This document shows, piece by piece, positions 29,940-40,114 of a stretch of DNA of 63,290 bases (position 1 is the first letter of the stretch; every line of letters starts with the position of its first letter). Under the pieces are notes generated by a model. It was not told where the DNA came from and made no database searches. It saw only the letters and a program-made list of their open reading frames with translations. The stretch spans positions 1 to 63,290 of the forward strand of contig JBEKHC010000014.1 in NCBI GenBank assembly GCA_050012475.1. Direction: 5' to 3'. The translations under genes and the position numbers were made by a program. Source of the DNA: Candidatus Velthaea sp. (GTDB taxonomy: Bacteria > Vulcanimicrobiota > Vulcanimicrobiia > Vulcanimicrobiales > Vulcanimicrobiaceae).

Positions 29940-30499
29940 GCGAGGTCTTGCTGCTGGGCATCGGCAACATTCTGCTCGCCGACGACGGACTGGGATCCTG
30001 GTTCGCGAGCGGCTTTCGCCGACGCTATCGAATCCCGCCGAACCTCGACGTCATCGAAGGCGGAACGCTCGGTCTCGAACTTCTCGATTGCATTGCGGGG
30101 CGACGCGCGCTCGTCGTCGTCGACGCGGTCGTCACGTCGCAGCCGAAGGCGGGCACCGTGGTGCGGCTGGAAGGGGCGATGGTCTCGGCCGCGCTCGGAC
30201 TCAAGATGTCGACGCACGACATCGCGCTGCGCGATCTGCTCGCAGGTGCGACGCTGTTGGGCTGCGTGCCGCCCAGCGTGGTCCTCTGCGGTATCGAACC
30301 GGCGGAAATCGCTCCTCAAATCGCGCTCTCCGCGCCGGTCCAGGCCGCGCTTCCCGCGCTGGAACGCCTGGTTCTCGAGGAGCTCGCGCGTTTGGGTTGC
30401 GTCTGCACGCCGGTCGCGCCGGAACCGGGCGCCGCAGGCGGCCTCTCGTGGGACCGGCTCGCGATCGAGCTGCCGGAAATGAACGCGCCGGCAATCTGA
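29936..30499 (+). CDS. Hydrogenase maturation protease (HyaD/HybD family)
   Basis: LLGIGNILLADDGLG, EGGTLG, VVDAV, STH, GIEP; GTGA overlap with the cytochrome b gene. Confidence 0.9.
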   Translation: MSEVLLLGIGNILLADDGLGSWFASGFRRRYRIPPNLDVIEGGTLGLELLDCIAGRRALVVVDAVVTSQPKAGTVVRLEGAMVSAALGLKMSTHDIALRDLLAGATLLGCVPPSVVLCGIEPAEIAPQIALSAPVQAALPALERLVLEELARLGCVCTPVAPEPGAAGGLSWDRLAIELPEMNAPAI

Positions 30500-30684
30500 G
30501 GAATACCAAACCTATCACCGAGATTGCCCCTAGTGCTTCAATTACGTCAACCTTCCGCGCCCGGCTTTGCTAATGTCGCGCGCGTTTGCGACGTGGCGGG
30601 ACGGACCCGTCATGCGCTACCGGTTCCCGCAAGCGAAATGACCCTTGGAAGCGACCTCGACACTGCACAGTCGAAATGCGGGCA

Positions 30685-31545
30685 ATGGACGTCAAGAATA
30701 TTACGGTTGCAGGCCAAAAACTCCGAGTCGCTGTCAGCGCGGGCAATCCCGGTTTCCCGCCGTTTCTGCTCTTCAACGGTCTGGGCGCCGACCTCAACGT
30801 CTTGCGGGGCTTGTCGCGCGAACTGAGCGCGTTCGGCATCGGCATCGTGACGTTCGACGTGCCGGGAATCGGCGGTTCGAGCCTGCCCGCGTTGCCTTAC
30901 CGCTTCGCCTGCCTCGCGCGCCTGGCGCATGACGTTCTCAATAGCCTGGGCATCACCGGGCAGGTCGATGTCGCGGGCATGAGTTGGGGCGGCGCCCTCG
31001 CCCAAGAGTTTACCCACCGCTATCCGGCCCGCGTGCGCCGCCTGCTGCTCGCCGCGACGTCGGCCGGCGCGCTCGCCGTCCCGGGCCGGCTTTCGGCGCT
31101 CGTCAAGATGCTGGACCCGCGACTCTACGCGGATCCCGCCTACATCGCGCAGATCGGCGGCGATCTGTACGGCGGCAAGATGCGCACGAACCCCGAGCCG
31201 CTCTTGAAATACGCCACGCAGATGCGGGCCGCCGGCTCCGCTTTCCAGCTGTTGGCCGTCGCAGGGTGGACCAGCGCGTTTTGGCTGCATACCCTGCGCC
31301 AGCCGACATTGATCATGATGGGCGCCGACGACCCGATCATGCCCCCGGTGAACGGACGCCTTCTGGCAACGCTCATCCCTCGTGCGCGCATGGTGACGGT
31401 CGACGACGGTCACCTGTTCCTGTTGACGAGCGCGCACGAGTGCGCCCCGATCATTGCCGAATTCTTGCACGGCAATCCGAACGGCAAGCCGTCCGCGCGC
31501 ATCGGCACCAACGGCGCCGCTTCAAAATCGTCCGCCTCACCCTAA
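30685..31545 (+). CDS. phaZ: Poly(3-hydroxyalkanoate) depolymerase, mcl-PhaZ type (copy 2)
   Basis: Close paralogue of 22604-23437: FNGLGA, GMSWGGALAQ, GWTS, DDPIMP, DDGHL. Confidence 0.9.
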   Translation: MDVKNITVAGQKLRVAVSAGNPGFPPFLLFNGLGADLNVLRGLSRELSAFGIGIVTFDVPGIGGSSLPALPYRFACLARLAHDVLNSLGITGQVDVAGMSWGGALAQEFTHRYPARVRRLLLAATSAGALAVPGRLSALVKMLDPRLYADPAYIAQIGGDLYGGKMRTNPEPLLKYATQMRAAGSAFQLLAVAGWTSAFWLHTLRQPTLIMMGADDPIMPPVNGRLLATLIPRARMVTVDDGHLFLLTSAHECAPIIAEFLHGNPNGKPSARIGTNGAASKSSASP

Positions 31546-31628
31546 GGCTGGGTCCGAGCGCGGTTTCGCCGGAAGCCGGTACCGGTTCGGCGCTGTGCGC
31601 ACGACCCGGTACCGAGGCCTGGCCGTCC

Positions 31629-32429
31629 TCAACCCTGGTAAACGCCGCCGTTCATGTTCAAGGCGTGACCGGTGATATATGCGCCTTCCACGGCTAAGAA
31701 GCGCACGCCGCGCGCCACCTCTTCGGGCGTGCAAGCGCGGTGCATGGGGATTCTCTCGTAGATCTTTTCCTTGATTTCCGGGGGAATCGTTTCCCACATC
31801 TCCGTTGCCATCGCGCCCGGCGCGACGACGTTGACGGTGATGTTGCTGCGCGCGAGTTCAACCGCGAGCGCTTTGCTGAAGCCGATGATTCCCGCCTTGG
31901 CCGCCGCGTAGTTGGCTTGCCCGAACGTCACGACCAGCTGTCCGGTCGTCGACGAGATGTTGATGATCCGGCCCCAGCCGTTCGCCAGCAGCATCGGTAC
32001 GGCAAAGTGAGAGGTGTACATGAGCGCCGTGAGGTCGGTGTCGATGACTTCCCGCCATTCTTGCGCGGTCATTTTGCGGAAGCTATGGTCGCGCAGAATC
32101 GCTGCGTTGTTGACCAGAATGTCAAGCCGGTTGCAGCGCTCCTTGACCCGGCCGAACATCCGCTCGACATCGTCGTAGTCGGCGACATCGCACTGTTCGG
32201 TGAAGGCGCTGCCGCCGGCGGCTTCGATCTCAGCAACGACCGCGGCGGCTTTTTCCCCGCCGTGATGAAAATTGATGATGGCTGTCGCGCCGGCTTCGGC
32301 GAGCTCCTTTGCGATGGCAGCTCCAAGGCCGCGCGAACCGCCCGTGACGAGGGCCACGCGCCCCAGCAACGGCTTCGGGGATCGGAAATCGGGGTCCGGA
32401 GTAACAGTTTTCGCAGTCTTCGTTTCCAT
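31629..32429 (-). CDS. phaB: Acetoacetyl-CoA/3-oxoacyl reductase (PhaB/FabG-like SDR)
   Basis: TGGSRGLG, NNAAILRD, FGQANYAAAKAG, MNGG; PHA-cluster context. PhaB versus FabG cannot be resolved by eye. Confidence 0.75.
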   Translation of the reverse strand: METKTAKTVTPDPDFRSPKPLLGRVALVTGGSRGLGAAIAKELAEAGATAIINFHHGGEKAAAVVAEIEAAGGSAFTEQCDVADYDDVERMFGRVKERCNRLDILVNNAAILRDHSFRKMTAQEWREVIDTDLTALMYTSHFAVPMLLANGWGRIINISSTTGQLVVTFGQANYAAAKAGIIGFSKALAVELARSNITVNVVAPGAMATEMWETIPPEIKEKIYERIPMHRACTPEEVARGVRFLAVEGAYITGHALNMNGGVYQG

Positions 32430-32766
32430 GCCAACCCTTTTAAGCGTAGGAAACTTCTGCCTTATAAATTCGCCAGCAGTTCCCTTGGCGTGCCGCTGAT
32501 CGTCTACTTTGGCGGTCGCCTTGCGCCTGCTCCAAATGTGATCTCGATGCCTTCCGTTCCCGCCGATCCGCCTCCCAGCATCGGTGGTTAGCAGGCAAGC
32601 GAGCGAGAGCAGCCCGCCGTATGCTGAAAGATTTCTTCGCCCGCGCCATCGGTAGAATTCTTCAAGAGTTCGTCACAACGTTCTTGACTGGTTCGTCTCT
32701 CCTGCATCGTCAGGCCGTACGCTGGTCAACGACGAGCACAAACGACAAGCACATCTGGAGGCGACC

Positions 32767-32907
32767 ATGCAAGGATTTCTGGTCTTCAAGTCGTTGACCG
32801 AGGCGATTCGCGCCGGTTTCCACGTTTACGACCGCACGGCCGACGGTTATCTGGTGCGAACCCGCACATCGAGCGGCTGGGCGTTCGCGTTCGCCAAGAT
32901 GAGCTGA
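32767..32907 (+). CDS. 46-aa small hypothetical protein
   Basis: Not in the ORF track; GGAGG RBS 5 nt before ATG; MQGFLVFKSLTEAIRAGFHVYDRTADGYLVRTRTSSGWAFAFAKMS; genome-like codon use. Confidence 0.75.
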   Translation: MQGFLVFKSLTEAIRAGFHVYDRTADGYLVRTRTSSGWAFAFAKMS

Positions 32908-33248
32908 ACCGCGCGAATCTCACCCCAACGCCCCTCGCGTCGTGTCGGCAGCTCGAGCGTGCCGGGAGCTCATGACGCGGATACCGTTCGCGGGTTGGAA
33001 GCCGCAGCGCGTAACGCCCACACTTCTCGAGCGTGCCGGAACGATCGTGCTGGTGCCGGAGCCGGGATAGCTCGCAAGCCTTTCGAGCAGCCGATCATTC
33101 GACTGTCGGCGCGGAACACCGATGTTCCGTGCCAAAACCCGCCGCGATAGGCGCCGGCCGATGTTGCTATGCGTTTGTCGAACTGCATCGCCGGCTTGCC
33201 GAATGAAGCAGTCGCAGTCGCTGCGCACGCTGCCGCGGAAAGGTTCGT

Positions 33249-34712
33249 TTGAGGAAGATTGCGCCGGGCGTGGGCCCGAAGTTTCCCCAAGTCGTCGTTC
33301 TTGTCGGTGCCACCGGCGACTTGTCGAAACGCAAGTTGCTCCCGGGCTTGTTTCGTCTTGCGAATGCCGGCTTCATCCCGAGTTGCCGGATCATCGGGGT
33401 TTCGCTCGACGACATCGATTGCGACGGTTTCCGCGCTGTCGCGCGCGAAGCACTCGATCAATTCTCAGCCCGCACCGTCGACGACGCGCACTGGACGGCT
33501 TTTTCGGAGAGTTTGGATTACGTGCCGCTCGCTGCGGGCGCGCCGGCGCTCAAAGCGGCCGTCGAGCGTGCCGAAGCGACCTTCACCGGTGAAAGCCGGC
33601 GCGTGCACTATTTGAGCGTGCCGCCCAATGCCGCGCTCTCGGCCGTCCGGCTACTCGACGAAGCGGGACTGGTCGCCCGCTCTCGCATCATCATGGAAAA
33701 GCCGTTCGGCACGGATTTGGCCAGCGCCGTTTCGCTGAACGCAAAATTACACGACGTCTTCGCCGAAGAACAGATCTTTCGCATCGATCATTTCCTCGGC
33801 AAAGAACCGGCGCAGAACATTCTCGCGTTCCGTTTCGCCAACGGCTTGTTCGAGCCGATCTGGAATCGCATGTTCATCGACCACGTGCAAATCGACGTCC
33901 CCGAGACGCTGGGCCTGGGCAAACGCGCCGCGTTCTACGAGGCGACTGGCGCGTATCGCGACATGGTCGTGACGCACCTGTTTCAGATCGTTGCGTTCAT
34001 GGCGATGGAACCACCGACGTCGCTGGAACCCGGGCCGATCAGCGAAGAAAAAAATAAAGTCTTTCGCAGCATGTTGCCGGTCGACCCCAAGGACGTCGTA
34101 CGCGGGCAATATTCCGGATACCGCTCGGAAGACGGTGTCGATCCCGAATCCGACACCGAAACGTTTGTCGCGCTCAAATGCTCGATCGACAACTGGCGCT
34201 GGGCTGGCGTCCCGTTTTTCTTGCGCACGGGCAAGCGGCTCGCCGAAGGGCAGCGGATCATCTCGATCGCGTTTCGCGAACCGCCCAAGAGCATGTTTCC
34301 CAGCGGTTCCGGCATTGGCGCGGAAGGCCCGGATCACCTCACCTTCGATCTGGCCGACGCCTCGAAGATGTCGCTGTCGTTCTACGGCAAGCGCCCCGGT
34401 CCGGGCATGCGGCTCGACAAGTTGAGCCTGCAGTTCGCAATGCACGACACGGGGCTCATCGGCGACGTGCTCGAGGCCTACGAGCGTTTGATTCTCGATG
34501 CGATGCGCGGCGATCGCACGCTCTTCACCACGGCCGACGGTATCGAACGGCTGTGGGAAGTCTCGATTCCGTTGCTCGAATCGCCGCCGCCGGTCCGGGC
34601 GTATCCGCCCGGCTCCTGGGGGCCCAAATCGATCCATCAACTCGTCGCCCCACATGCCTGGCGGCTCCCGTTCGAGCGGGCCTGGCGCGCGCCCAATCCG
34701 ACGGGCGGCTGA
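33249..34712 (+). CDS. zwf: Glucose-6-phosphate 1-dehydrogenase
   Basis: [38 protein letters not shown]. Confidence 0.96.
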   Translation: MRKIAPGVGPKFPQVVVLVGATGDLSKRKLLPGLFRLANAGFIPSCRIIGVSLDDIDCDGFRAVAREALDQFSARTVDDAHWTAFSESLDYVPLAAGAPALKAAVERAEATFTGESRRVHYLSVPPNAALSAVRLLDEAGLVARSRIIMEKPFGTDLASAVSLNAKLHDVFAEEQIFRIDHFLGKEPAQNILAFRFANGLFEPIWNRMFIDHVQIDVPETLGLGKRAAFYEATGAYRDMVVTHLFQIVAFMAMEPPTSLEPGPISEEKNKVFRSMLPVDPKDVVRGQYSGYRSEDGVDPESDTETFVALKCSIDNWRWAGVPFFLRTGKRLAEGQRIISIAFREPPKSMFPSGSGIGAEGPDHLTFDLADASKMSLSFYGKRPGPGMRLDKLSLQFAMHDTGLIGDVLEAYERLILDAMRGDRTLFTTADGIERLWEVSIPLLESPPPVRAYPPGSWGPKSIHQLVAPHAWRLPFERAWRAPNPTGG

Positions 34713-34799
34713 GGCTTGCCGCCCCAGCCAGCCTCAACCCGATTCGGCTTCCCTCGCTCGCACTGGGTCCGGTCGCAGAATCACCGGAATCAGGTAAGC

Positions 34800-35360
34800 T
34801 CACTCCAGTGACGTGTTCTGATAGATTTTGTCGAATGCCATGCTGACACCGACCGGCGTGAAGTAAAGCGTCCCGTCAGTCAAGGTTAGCGGCTTTTGCC
34901 ATGTCCCGTCGGCATCGCGCACGTGCGATGTGACGACACGCTCGAGTGATTCGACGAGGACAAGCTGCTCGATACTGGGTGTGTTCCAATACTCGAAGAG
35001 TTTGGTATTCCATTCGCGGCCGAGATTCGAGGGCGATACGACTTCGACGACGATCCGCGGCAGCTCGACGTAGAACCGTGAGCCGACATTGGCATTCGAG
35101 CACGACACGGTCACGTCCGGGCGATAGCCATCCTCGGCGGTCCGCGAAATCGTCTGCACGATTGCCGTACTCGGAAAAACGCGGCACGGCGGCTCGAGCG
35201 AGGCGTGCAGCTTCGAGATGATGTTCACCGTGATGGTCTCGTGGTCGACCGAACCAGCGAGGAACCGGACGACGCGACCGCCGATGAGTTCATGACGTTC
35301 GGTTTGGTCTTGTTCCCAAGCGACGAACTCGGCGAAAGAGACGTTTAGCTGCTTCTCGAT
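34800..35360 (-). CDS. Uma2-family PD-(D/E)xK endonuclease
   Basis: YRPDVTV, VVEVVSPS, KLFEY; the frame extends upstream of GTG 35228 with a Uma2-like N-terminus (SFAEFVAWEQDQTERHELIGGRVV) to ATC at 35360. Confidence 0.85.
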   Translation of the reverse strand: MEKQLNVSFAEFVAWEQDQTERHELIGGRVVRFLAGSVDHETITVNIISKLHASLEPPCRVFPSTAIVQTISRTAEDGYRPDVTVSCSNANVGSRFYVELPRIVVEVVSPSNLGREWNTKLFEYWNTPSIEQLVLVESLERVVTSHVRDADGTWQKPLTLTDGTLYFTPVGVSMAFDKIYQNTSLE

Positions 35361-35538
35361 CGTGCGTTACCGCCCATCAGGAGCGTGATCGTTCGCCTTC
35401 GCACGGCGCTGGACTTCTCCGTCGAACTTGACGCTGCGAGCAGACGCAACAAGCCGGCGGTCAGCCTTCGCGCCGGTTCGACCCGCTTACCGGCCGTTTT
35501 CGACGCCTTTGCCGGTCGAGCGTTTCCGTGCCTGAACG

Positions 35539-36906
35539 TTACGCGTCCTGGCGAACCTGCGACGACAAGGACACATGCATCCGTTCGGCGATCGCCAGGG
35601 CGTCGCGCACGTTATCGCCCACGCCCAGGCCGCGATACGCGTTGCCGGCAAGCGCGAACCCGGGGTGCGTTGCTTCGCGTTGCTCGATCGCGCGCACGAT
35701 GGAGCGATGCCGCAGCGTATATTGCGGGATCGCTTTGGGCCAGAGAATCTCGTGGTGCGCGACCGGCGGCGCGGTGATGCCCAATACCCGGCGCAGGTCG
35801 GCCAAAACGATCCACTTCACGGTTTCGGCGTCAAGGGCGGCGATTGCGGGGTCGGCGGCACCGCCTAAAAAGATCCGCAGATAGGTCGTCTCCGGCGGGG
35901 CGTGTTCGGGGACGATCGACGAGGTGTAGAACGCGCCCAAGCTGCGGATGCCCTCGTTGCGCGCGGCCAAGAACCCGAAACCGTCCAGCGGCGCCGGCAC
36001 GTCGGCGGTGCGAAACGCAACGCCGACCGCGCGCATCGGCGCGTACGGAATCTCGCTCAAGTGCGCAGCCAGCTCGGCATCGAAGCCCTCGACCAACCCG
36101 GCGGCGACGTCGGCCGGCGTCGCGACGACGACGCCGTCGACTACCGCTTCGCCGTCATCGTGCACGATGCGCCAACCGTCGTCGCCGCGTTCGATGCGCT
36201 GCACGCCGACGCCGGTGCGCAAGCGATCTCCCAGCCGTTCGGCCAACCGGTTCGTGAGCGTCTGCATGCCGCCGTTGGCGAAGCTATACATGCCGGCACG
36301 GTCGCGCGGACCTTTTTTGCGCGGTGCTTGGAACATCGCCCGAATCACGGAGCCGTGCTTGGCCTCCATGTCGCGCAAACGGGGAAAAATCGCCGCCAAG
36401 CTCGTTGCCGCGGCGTCGCCGCCGCTGATGCCCAGCAGCGCCGGGGAAACGAGCCGCTCGGCCACTTCGCGTCCGAACCGCCGCTCCATGAACGTGTAGA
36501 CGCTCTCGTCGTCGGCACCGGCGCCCTTGCGCACGAACAGCTCGCCCAACGCGCGCGCTTTGCCGCGCGTCGACAGGATCGTCATCTTGAAGGCATCGGA
36601 CGGTTTGGCCGGCAGTTGGTGCAGCACGCCGTCCCAATAGATGAAGCGTTTCTTCGCCGCCGGACGCGCCGGCGTGAGCGCGTCGCCCAAGCCGATCTCG
36701 CCGATGAGCGCCTTGAGTTCGCCGGCGCTCGCGAGAAAGGCGCTCGGGCCCCACTCGAAGAGAAAACCGCCCTCGATCGGTTGCGAGCGGATCTTGCCGC
36801 CGGCGGACGCCTCGCGCTCGAAGAGAACGACGTCGTGGTGCGCGCCCAGGCGATCGGCGGCGGTGAGTCCGGCGATGCCGCCGCCGATCACGGCGACCGT
36901 GCTCAC
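35539..36906 (-). CDS. hemY: FAD-dependent protoporphyrinogen oxidase
   Basis: VAVIGGGIAGL, GGKIRS, EWGP, GFGFL, AIPQY, AGNAYRGLGV; GTG overlaps the hemH stop. Confidence 0.92.
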   Translation of the reverse strand: MSTVAVIGGGIAGLTAADRLGAHHDVVLFEREASAGGKIRSQPIEGGFLFEWGPSAFLASAGELKALIGEIGLGDALTPARPAAKKRFIYWDGVLHQLPAKPSDAFKMTILSTRGKARALGELFVRKGAGADDESVYTFMERRFGREVAERLVSPALLGISGGDAAATSLAAIFPRLRDMEAKHGSVIRAMFQAPRKKGPRDRAGMYSFANGGMQTLTNRLAERLGDRLRTGVGVQRIERGDDGWRIVHDDGEAVVDGVVVATPADVAAGLVEGFDAELAAHLSEIPYAPMRAVGVAFRTADVPAPLDGFGFLAARNEGIRSLGAFYTSSIVPEHAPPETTYLRIFLGGAADPAIAALDAETVKWIVLADLRRVLGITAPPVAHHEILWPKAIPQYTLRHRSIVRAIEQREATHPGFALAGNAYRGLGVGDNVRDALAIAERMHVSLSSQVRQDA

Positions 36907-37925
36907 GCAGACACCACGGCGGGCTTGCGGCACAGTTCGGTCAGCGCGGCGATCCAGGCCGGATCGTTGTTGAGGCAGGGAACGTAGCTGAACGTTTCGC
37001 CCCCGGCGCCCAGGAACGTCTCGCGGCCGCGCATTTCCATCTCCTCGAGCGTCTCGAGGCAGTCGGCGACGAACGATGGGCAGACGACGGCCAGCCGCTT
37101 GACGCCGCGCGCCGGCAGCGCCGTGAGCTCTTTGTCGGTGAAGGGTTCGAGCCAGCCGCCGCCCAGCCGCGATTGGAACGCGAAGCCGTAGCTGCCCTTG
37201 GCCAGGCTCAGACGCTCGGCGACGCCTTCCATCGTGGCGATCACTTGGTGCCGGTAGCAGGTCGCCCACGCCGCCGATGCGGTGCTGCAGCAATCCGCCG
37301 AACGCAGGCAGTGCTTGCCGGTCGGATCCATCTTGCGCACGTGGCGCTCGGGGATGCCGTGGTAACTGAACAGCACGAACGTCGTGCCGGCCGGGATGCT
37401 CGCGCGCATGCGCGCGGCCAGCGCATCGAGGTAACCGGGATCGTCGTAAAACGGCGGCAGAAAACGATACCGCACGTTCTTGCCGCGCAACGCGGCGTCG
37501 ACGGCCACCTCGACCGTTTTGGTCGAAGCCATCGCGTAGTGCGGATACAGCGGGACGACGACGAGTTCGTCGAGTTCGCTCGCGCGCTGCAGCAGCTCGT
37601 CGATCCCGTGCGGAATTGACGGCTCGCCGTAACGCATCGCGAGCCCGACCGGAAGACCGGCGGCCGCTTCGAGCGCTGCGCGTGTTTCGCGCGAGATGAC
37701 GACTAGCGGCGAACCTTCCGCCGTCCAGATCTTCGCATACGCCTCGCCCGATTTCGCCGGCCGCGTGTTGAGAATCAAACCGCGCACGAGCAGCGTGCGC
37801 GCAACGGTCGGGATATCCAAAACGAACGGATCCATCAGGAACTCATCGAGATAGCGGCGCACGTCCGGGGTCGACGGCGACGCCGGCGACCCCAAGTTGA
37901 TCAGGAGAATGGCTTGCCGCATCAT
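36903..37925 (-). CDS. hemH: Ferrochelatase
   Basis: [43 protein letters not shown]. Confidence 0.95.
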   Translation of the reverse strand: MMRQAILLINLGSPASPSTPDVRRYLDEFLMDPFVLDIPTVARTLLVRGLILNTRPAKSGEAYAKIWTAEGSPLVVISRETRAALEAAAGLPVGLAMRYGEPSIPHGIDELLQRASELDELVVVPLYPHYAMASTKTVEVAVDAALRGKNVRYRFLPPFYDDPGYLDALAARMRASIPAGTTFVLFSYHGIPERHVRKMDPTGKHCLRSADCCSTASAAWATCYRHQVIATMEGVAERLSLAKGSYGFAFQSRLGGGWLEPFTDKELTALPARGVKRLAVVCPSFVADCLETLEEMEMRGRETFLGAGGETFSYVPCLNNDPAWIAALTELCRKPAVVSA

Positions 37926-38944
37926 CGTTCGAGCGGCTGCGTTCCCAGCCAATCGCGCGGGCGCAGGTAGTCCGCTAACTGCGCTTCGGGACTGCCCGGG
38001 TCGGGTTGTTCGTTATACGCCCAGCGCACCAGCGGCGGCAGCGACATCAAGATCGACTCCGTTCGTCCCCCGCTCTGCAGCCCGAAGTGGGTGCCGCGGT
38101 CGTAGATGAGGTTGAATTCGACGTAGCGCCCGCGGCGCATGAGTTGGAACGAACGCTCGCGTTCGCCGAAGGGTTTCGCGGCGTGCCGTTCGACGAGCGG
38201 GAAATACGCGTCGTTGAACGCAGCGCCGGCGTCGCTCATGAAGGCGAACAGTTCGTCGCACGTTTTCGGTTGGACGAAGAACGCGCGATTGTCGAACTCG
38301 CCGAACCCCGCGGCGTCGAGATAGTCGTAAAAGATGCCGCCGACGCCGCGCGTCTCGGCGCGGTGCTTGAGATAGAAATAGCGATCGCACCAGGCTTTGA
38401 AGGCCGGATAGAAGGCGGCATCGTGGCGGTCGCACGCAGTGCGGAGCGTGGCGTGAAAGTGCCGCACGTCGTCGAGTTCGGGATAGTACGGCGTGAGATC
38501 CGAGCCGCCGCCGAACCACCACGCGCTGCGCGTTCCGTCCGGCGCTTGCGCCTCGAAGTAGCGATAGTTGCAGTGCGCCGTCGGGGCGTACGGATTGTGC
38601 GGATGAAGCACGACGCTCACGCCCGCGGCGAAGAATCCGTGCCCGGCTAATTCGGGACGTTGGGCGACCACGCTGGGCGGCAGATTCGTCCCGCTGACGA
38701 CCGACGTGTTGACCCCGCCCTTCTCGAAGGCGGCCCCCTCGGCGATGACCCGCGTCGACCCCGTGCCGCGCACCCCTTGGCGGCCTTCGCTCTGCCACGC
38801 ATCGACCAAAAACTCGGCCGGCGCGCGGCCCGCACGCTGGGCGACCGCGCGTTCGACGCCGGCCACGCCCGCGCAGATGCGCTCTTGGAGCCGGCCGACG
38901 AGCTGCGCCGCGCTGCGCCGCACCGCCGGCAGTTCGTCGATCAT
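37922..38944 (-). CDS. hemF: Oxygen-dependent coproporphyrinogen III oxidase
   Basis: [54 protein letters not shown] overlaps at both ends. Confidence 0.96.
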   Translation of the reverse strand: MIDELPAVRRSAAQLVGRLQERICAGVAGVERAVAQRAGRAPAEFLVDAWQSEGRQGVRGTGSTRVIAEGAAFEKGGVNTSVVSGTNLPPSVVAQRPELAGHGFFAAGVSVVLHPHNPYAPTAHCNYRYFEAQAPDGTRSAWWFGGGSDLTPYYPELDDVRHFHATLRTACDRHDAAFYPAFKAWCDRYFYLKHRAETRGVGGIFYDYLDAAGFGEFDNRAFFVQPKTCDELFAFMSDAGAAFNDAYFPLVERHAAKPFGERERSFQLMRRGRYVEFNLIYDRGTHFGLQSGGRTESILMSLPPLVRWAYNEQPDPGSPEAQLADYLRPRDWLGTQPLER

Positions 38945-39981
38945 GTCCGTTTGAAGGAGTGAACCGTATCGACCAGTTGCGCCACCGCATCGAGCGGCGC
39001 GTTCGGCCAAATCCCGTGTCCGAGGTTGAAGATGTGCGCGCCGCCCAGTCCGGTTTTCAGGATGCGGACGGCTTCGGCGGCGAGCGCGTCGCGGCCGGCA
39101 TAGAGCATCGCCGGGTCGAGGTTGCCCTGCAGCGTCCGGCCGGGCAGCTGCCGGCGCGCGCGCTGCAAGTCGGTCCGCCAATCGACGCTCACCACGTCGC
39201 ACGGAATCTCCGCAATGGCGTCCATCAGGTGCGCCGCACCCAGCGCGAAGAACATCCGCCCCACGCCGCAATCGGCCAGACCCTCCATGATGCGCTGGTA
39301 ATATGGCAAACCGAATTCGCGGTACGTCGGTTCGTCGTGAAGCCCGGCCCAGCTGTCGAAGAGTTGAATCGCATCGGCGCCGGCGGCGGCCTGCATCCGC
39401 AGATAGGCAATCGTGAGTTCGGTGAGTTTCTCCAGCAGCAGATGCACGACGGCCGGATCGCTGCGCAGGAACTGGCGAAATTTCGCGTATTCCTTGCTGC
39501 CGCCGCCTTCGATCAGGTACGCCGCGAGCGTCAGCGGCGTACCGCCGAAGCCGATCAAGCCGACGTTGTCCGGCAGTGCTGCTTTGACCATCCGCAACGC
39601 GTCGCCGACGAACGGCGCGATCTCGCCGCGCAGCGCCAGCGCCTCGACTTGCGCGCGCGAACGCAGCGGCTGCGCGATCGAGGGCCCGGGCGAAAACGCG
39701 ATGTCGATCCCCAGCGCTTCGAGCGGCGTCATGATGTCGCTGAAGATGATCGCCGCGTCGAGCGGGAAGCGGCGCACCGGCTGGAGCGTGATCTCGGCGG
39801 CGATCTCCGGCGTGCGCGTCATCTCCAAAAACGACGACTTGGCCTTGATCGCAAGATACTCGGGCAGATAGCGTCCCGCTTGGCGCATGAGCCAAATCGG
39901 CGCCCGTTCTTCGGAAACACCGCGAACGGCCGCAACGAAGCTCAGCGTGGAACGGTCGGTTCGCGAAGTTGGAGCGATCAT
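38941..39981 (-). CDS. hemE: Uroporphyrinogen decarboxylase
   Basis: [43 protein letters not shown]. Confidence 0.96.
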   Translation of the reverse strand: MIAPTSRTDRSTLSFVAAVRGVSEERAPIWLMRQAGRYLPEYLAIKAKSSFLEMTRTPEIAAEITLQPVRRFPLDAAIIFSDIMTPLEALGIDIAFSPGPSIAQPLRSRAQVEALALRGEIAPFVGDALRMVKAALPDNVGLIGFGGTPLTLAAYLIEGGGSKEYAKFRQFLRSDPAVVHLLLEKLTELTIAYLRMQAAAGADAIQLFDSWAGLHDEPTYREFGLPYYQRIMEGLADCGVGRMFFALGAAHLMDAIAEIPCDVVSVDWRTDLQRARRQLPGRTLQGNLDPAMLYAGRDALAAEAVRILKTGLGGAHIFNLGHGIWPNAPLDAVAQLVDTVHSFKRT

Positions 39982-40033
39982 GCCTGAGATTTCGGGTTGG
40001 CGCTCCCCGTGGGCGAGGCCTCTCCGAACGCCC

Positions 40034-40076
40034 TTCACAAATATTTCACTGCCCCTTCACGGGCCGCCCCTAGCGT
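40034..40076 (+). promoter_or_regulatory. TTCAC-repeat promoter of the radical SAM gene
   Basis: TTCAC at 40034, 40045 and 40056 (exact 11-bp period), then 10 nt, then TAGCGT. Confidence 0.7.
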
Positions 40077-40114
40077 CGGCAGAGATGGCCAGTCCATCCG
40101 CTCAGGAGTTCCGC

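Noticed and set aside
36907..37293. N-terminal extension of HemY (584-aa ORF)
   Set aside because: Overlaps hemH; the FAD motif begins right after GTG 36906.
38945..39895. Long N-terminal extension of HemF (657-aa ORF)
   Set aside because: Overlaps hemE in another frame; the ATG at 38944 is coupled to the hemE stop.
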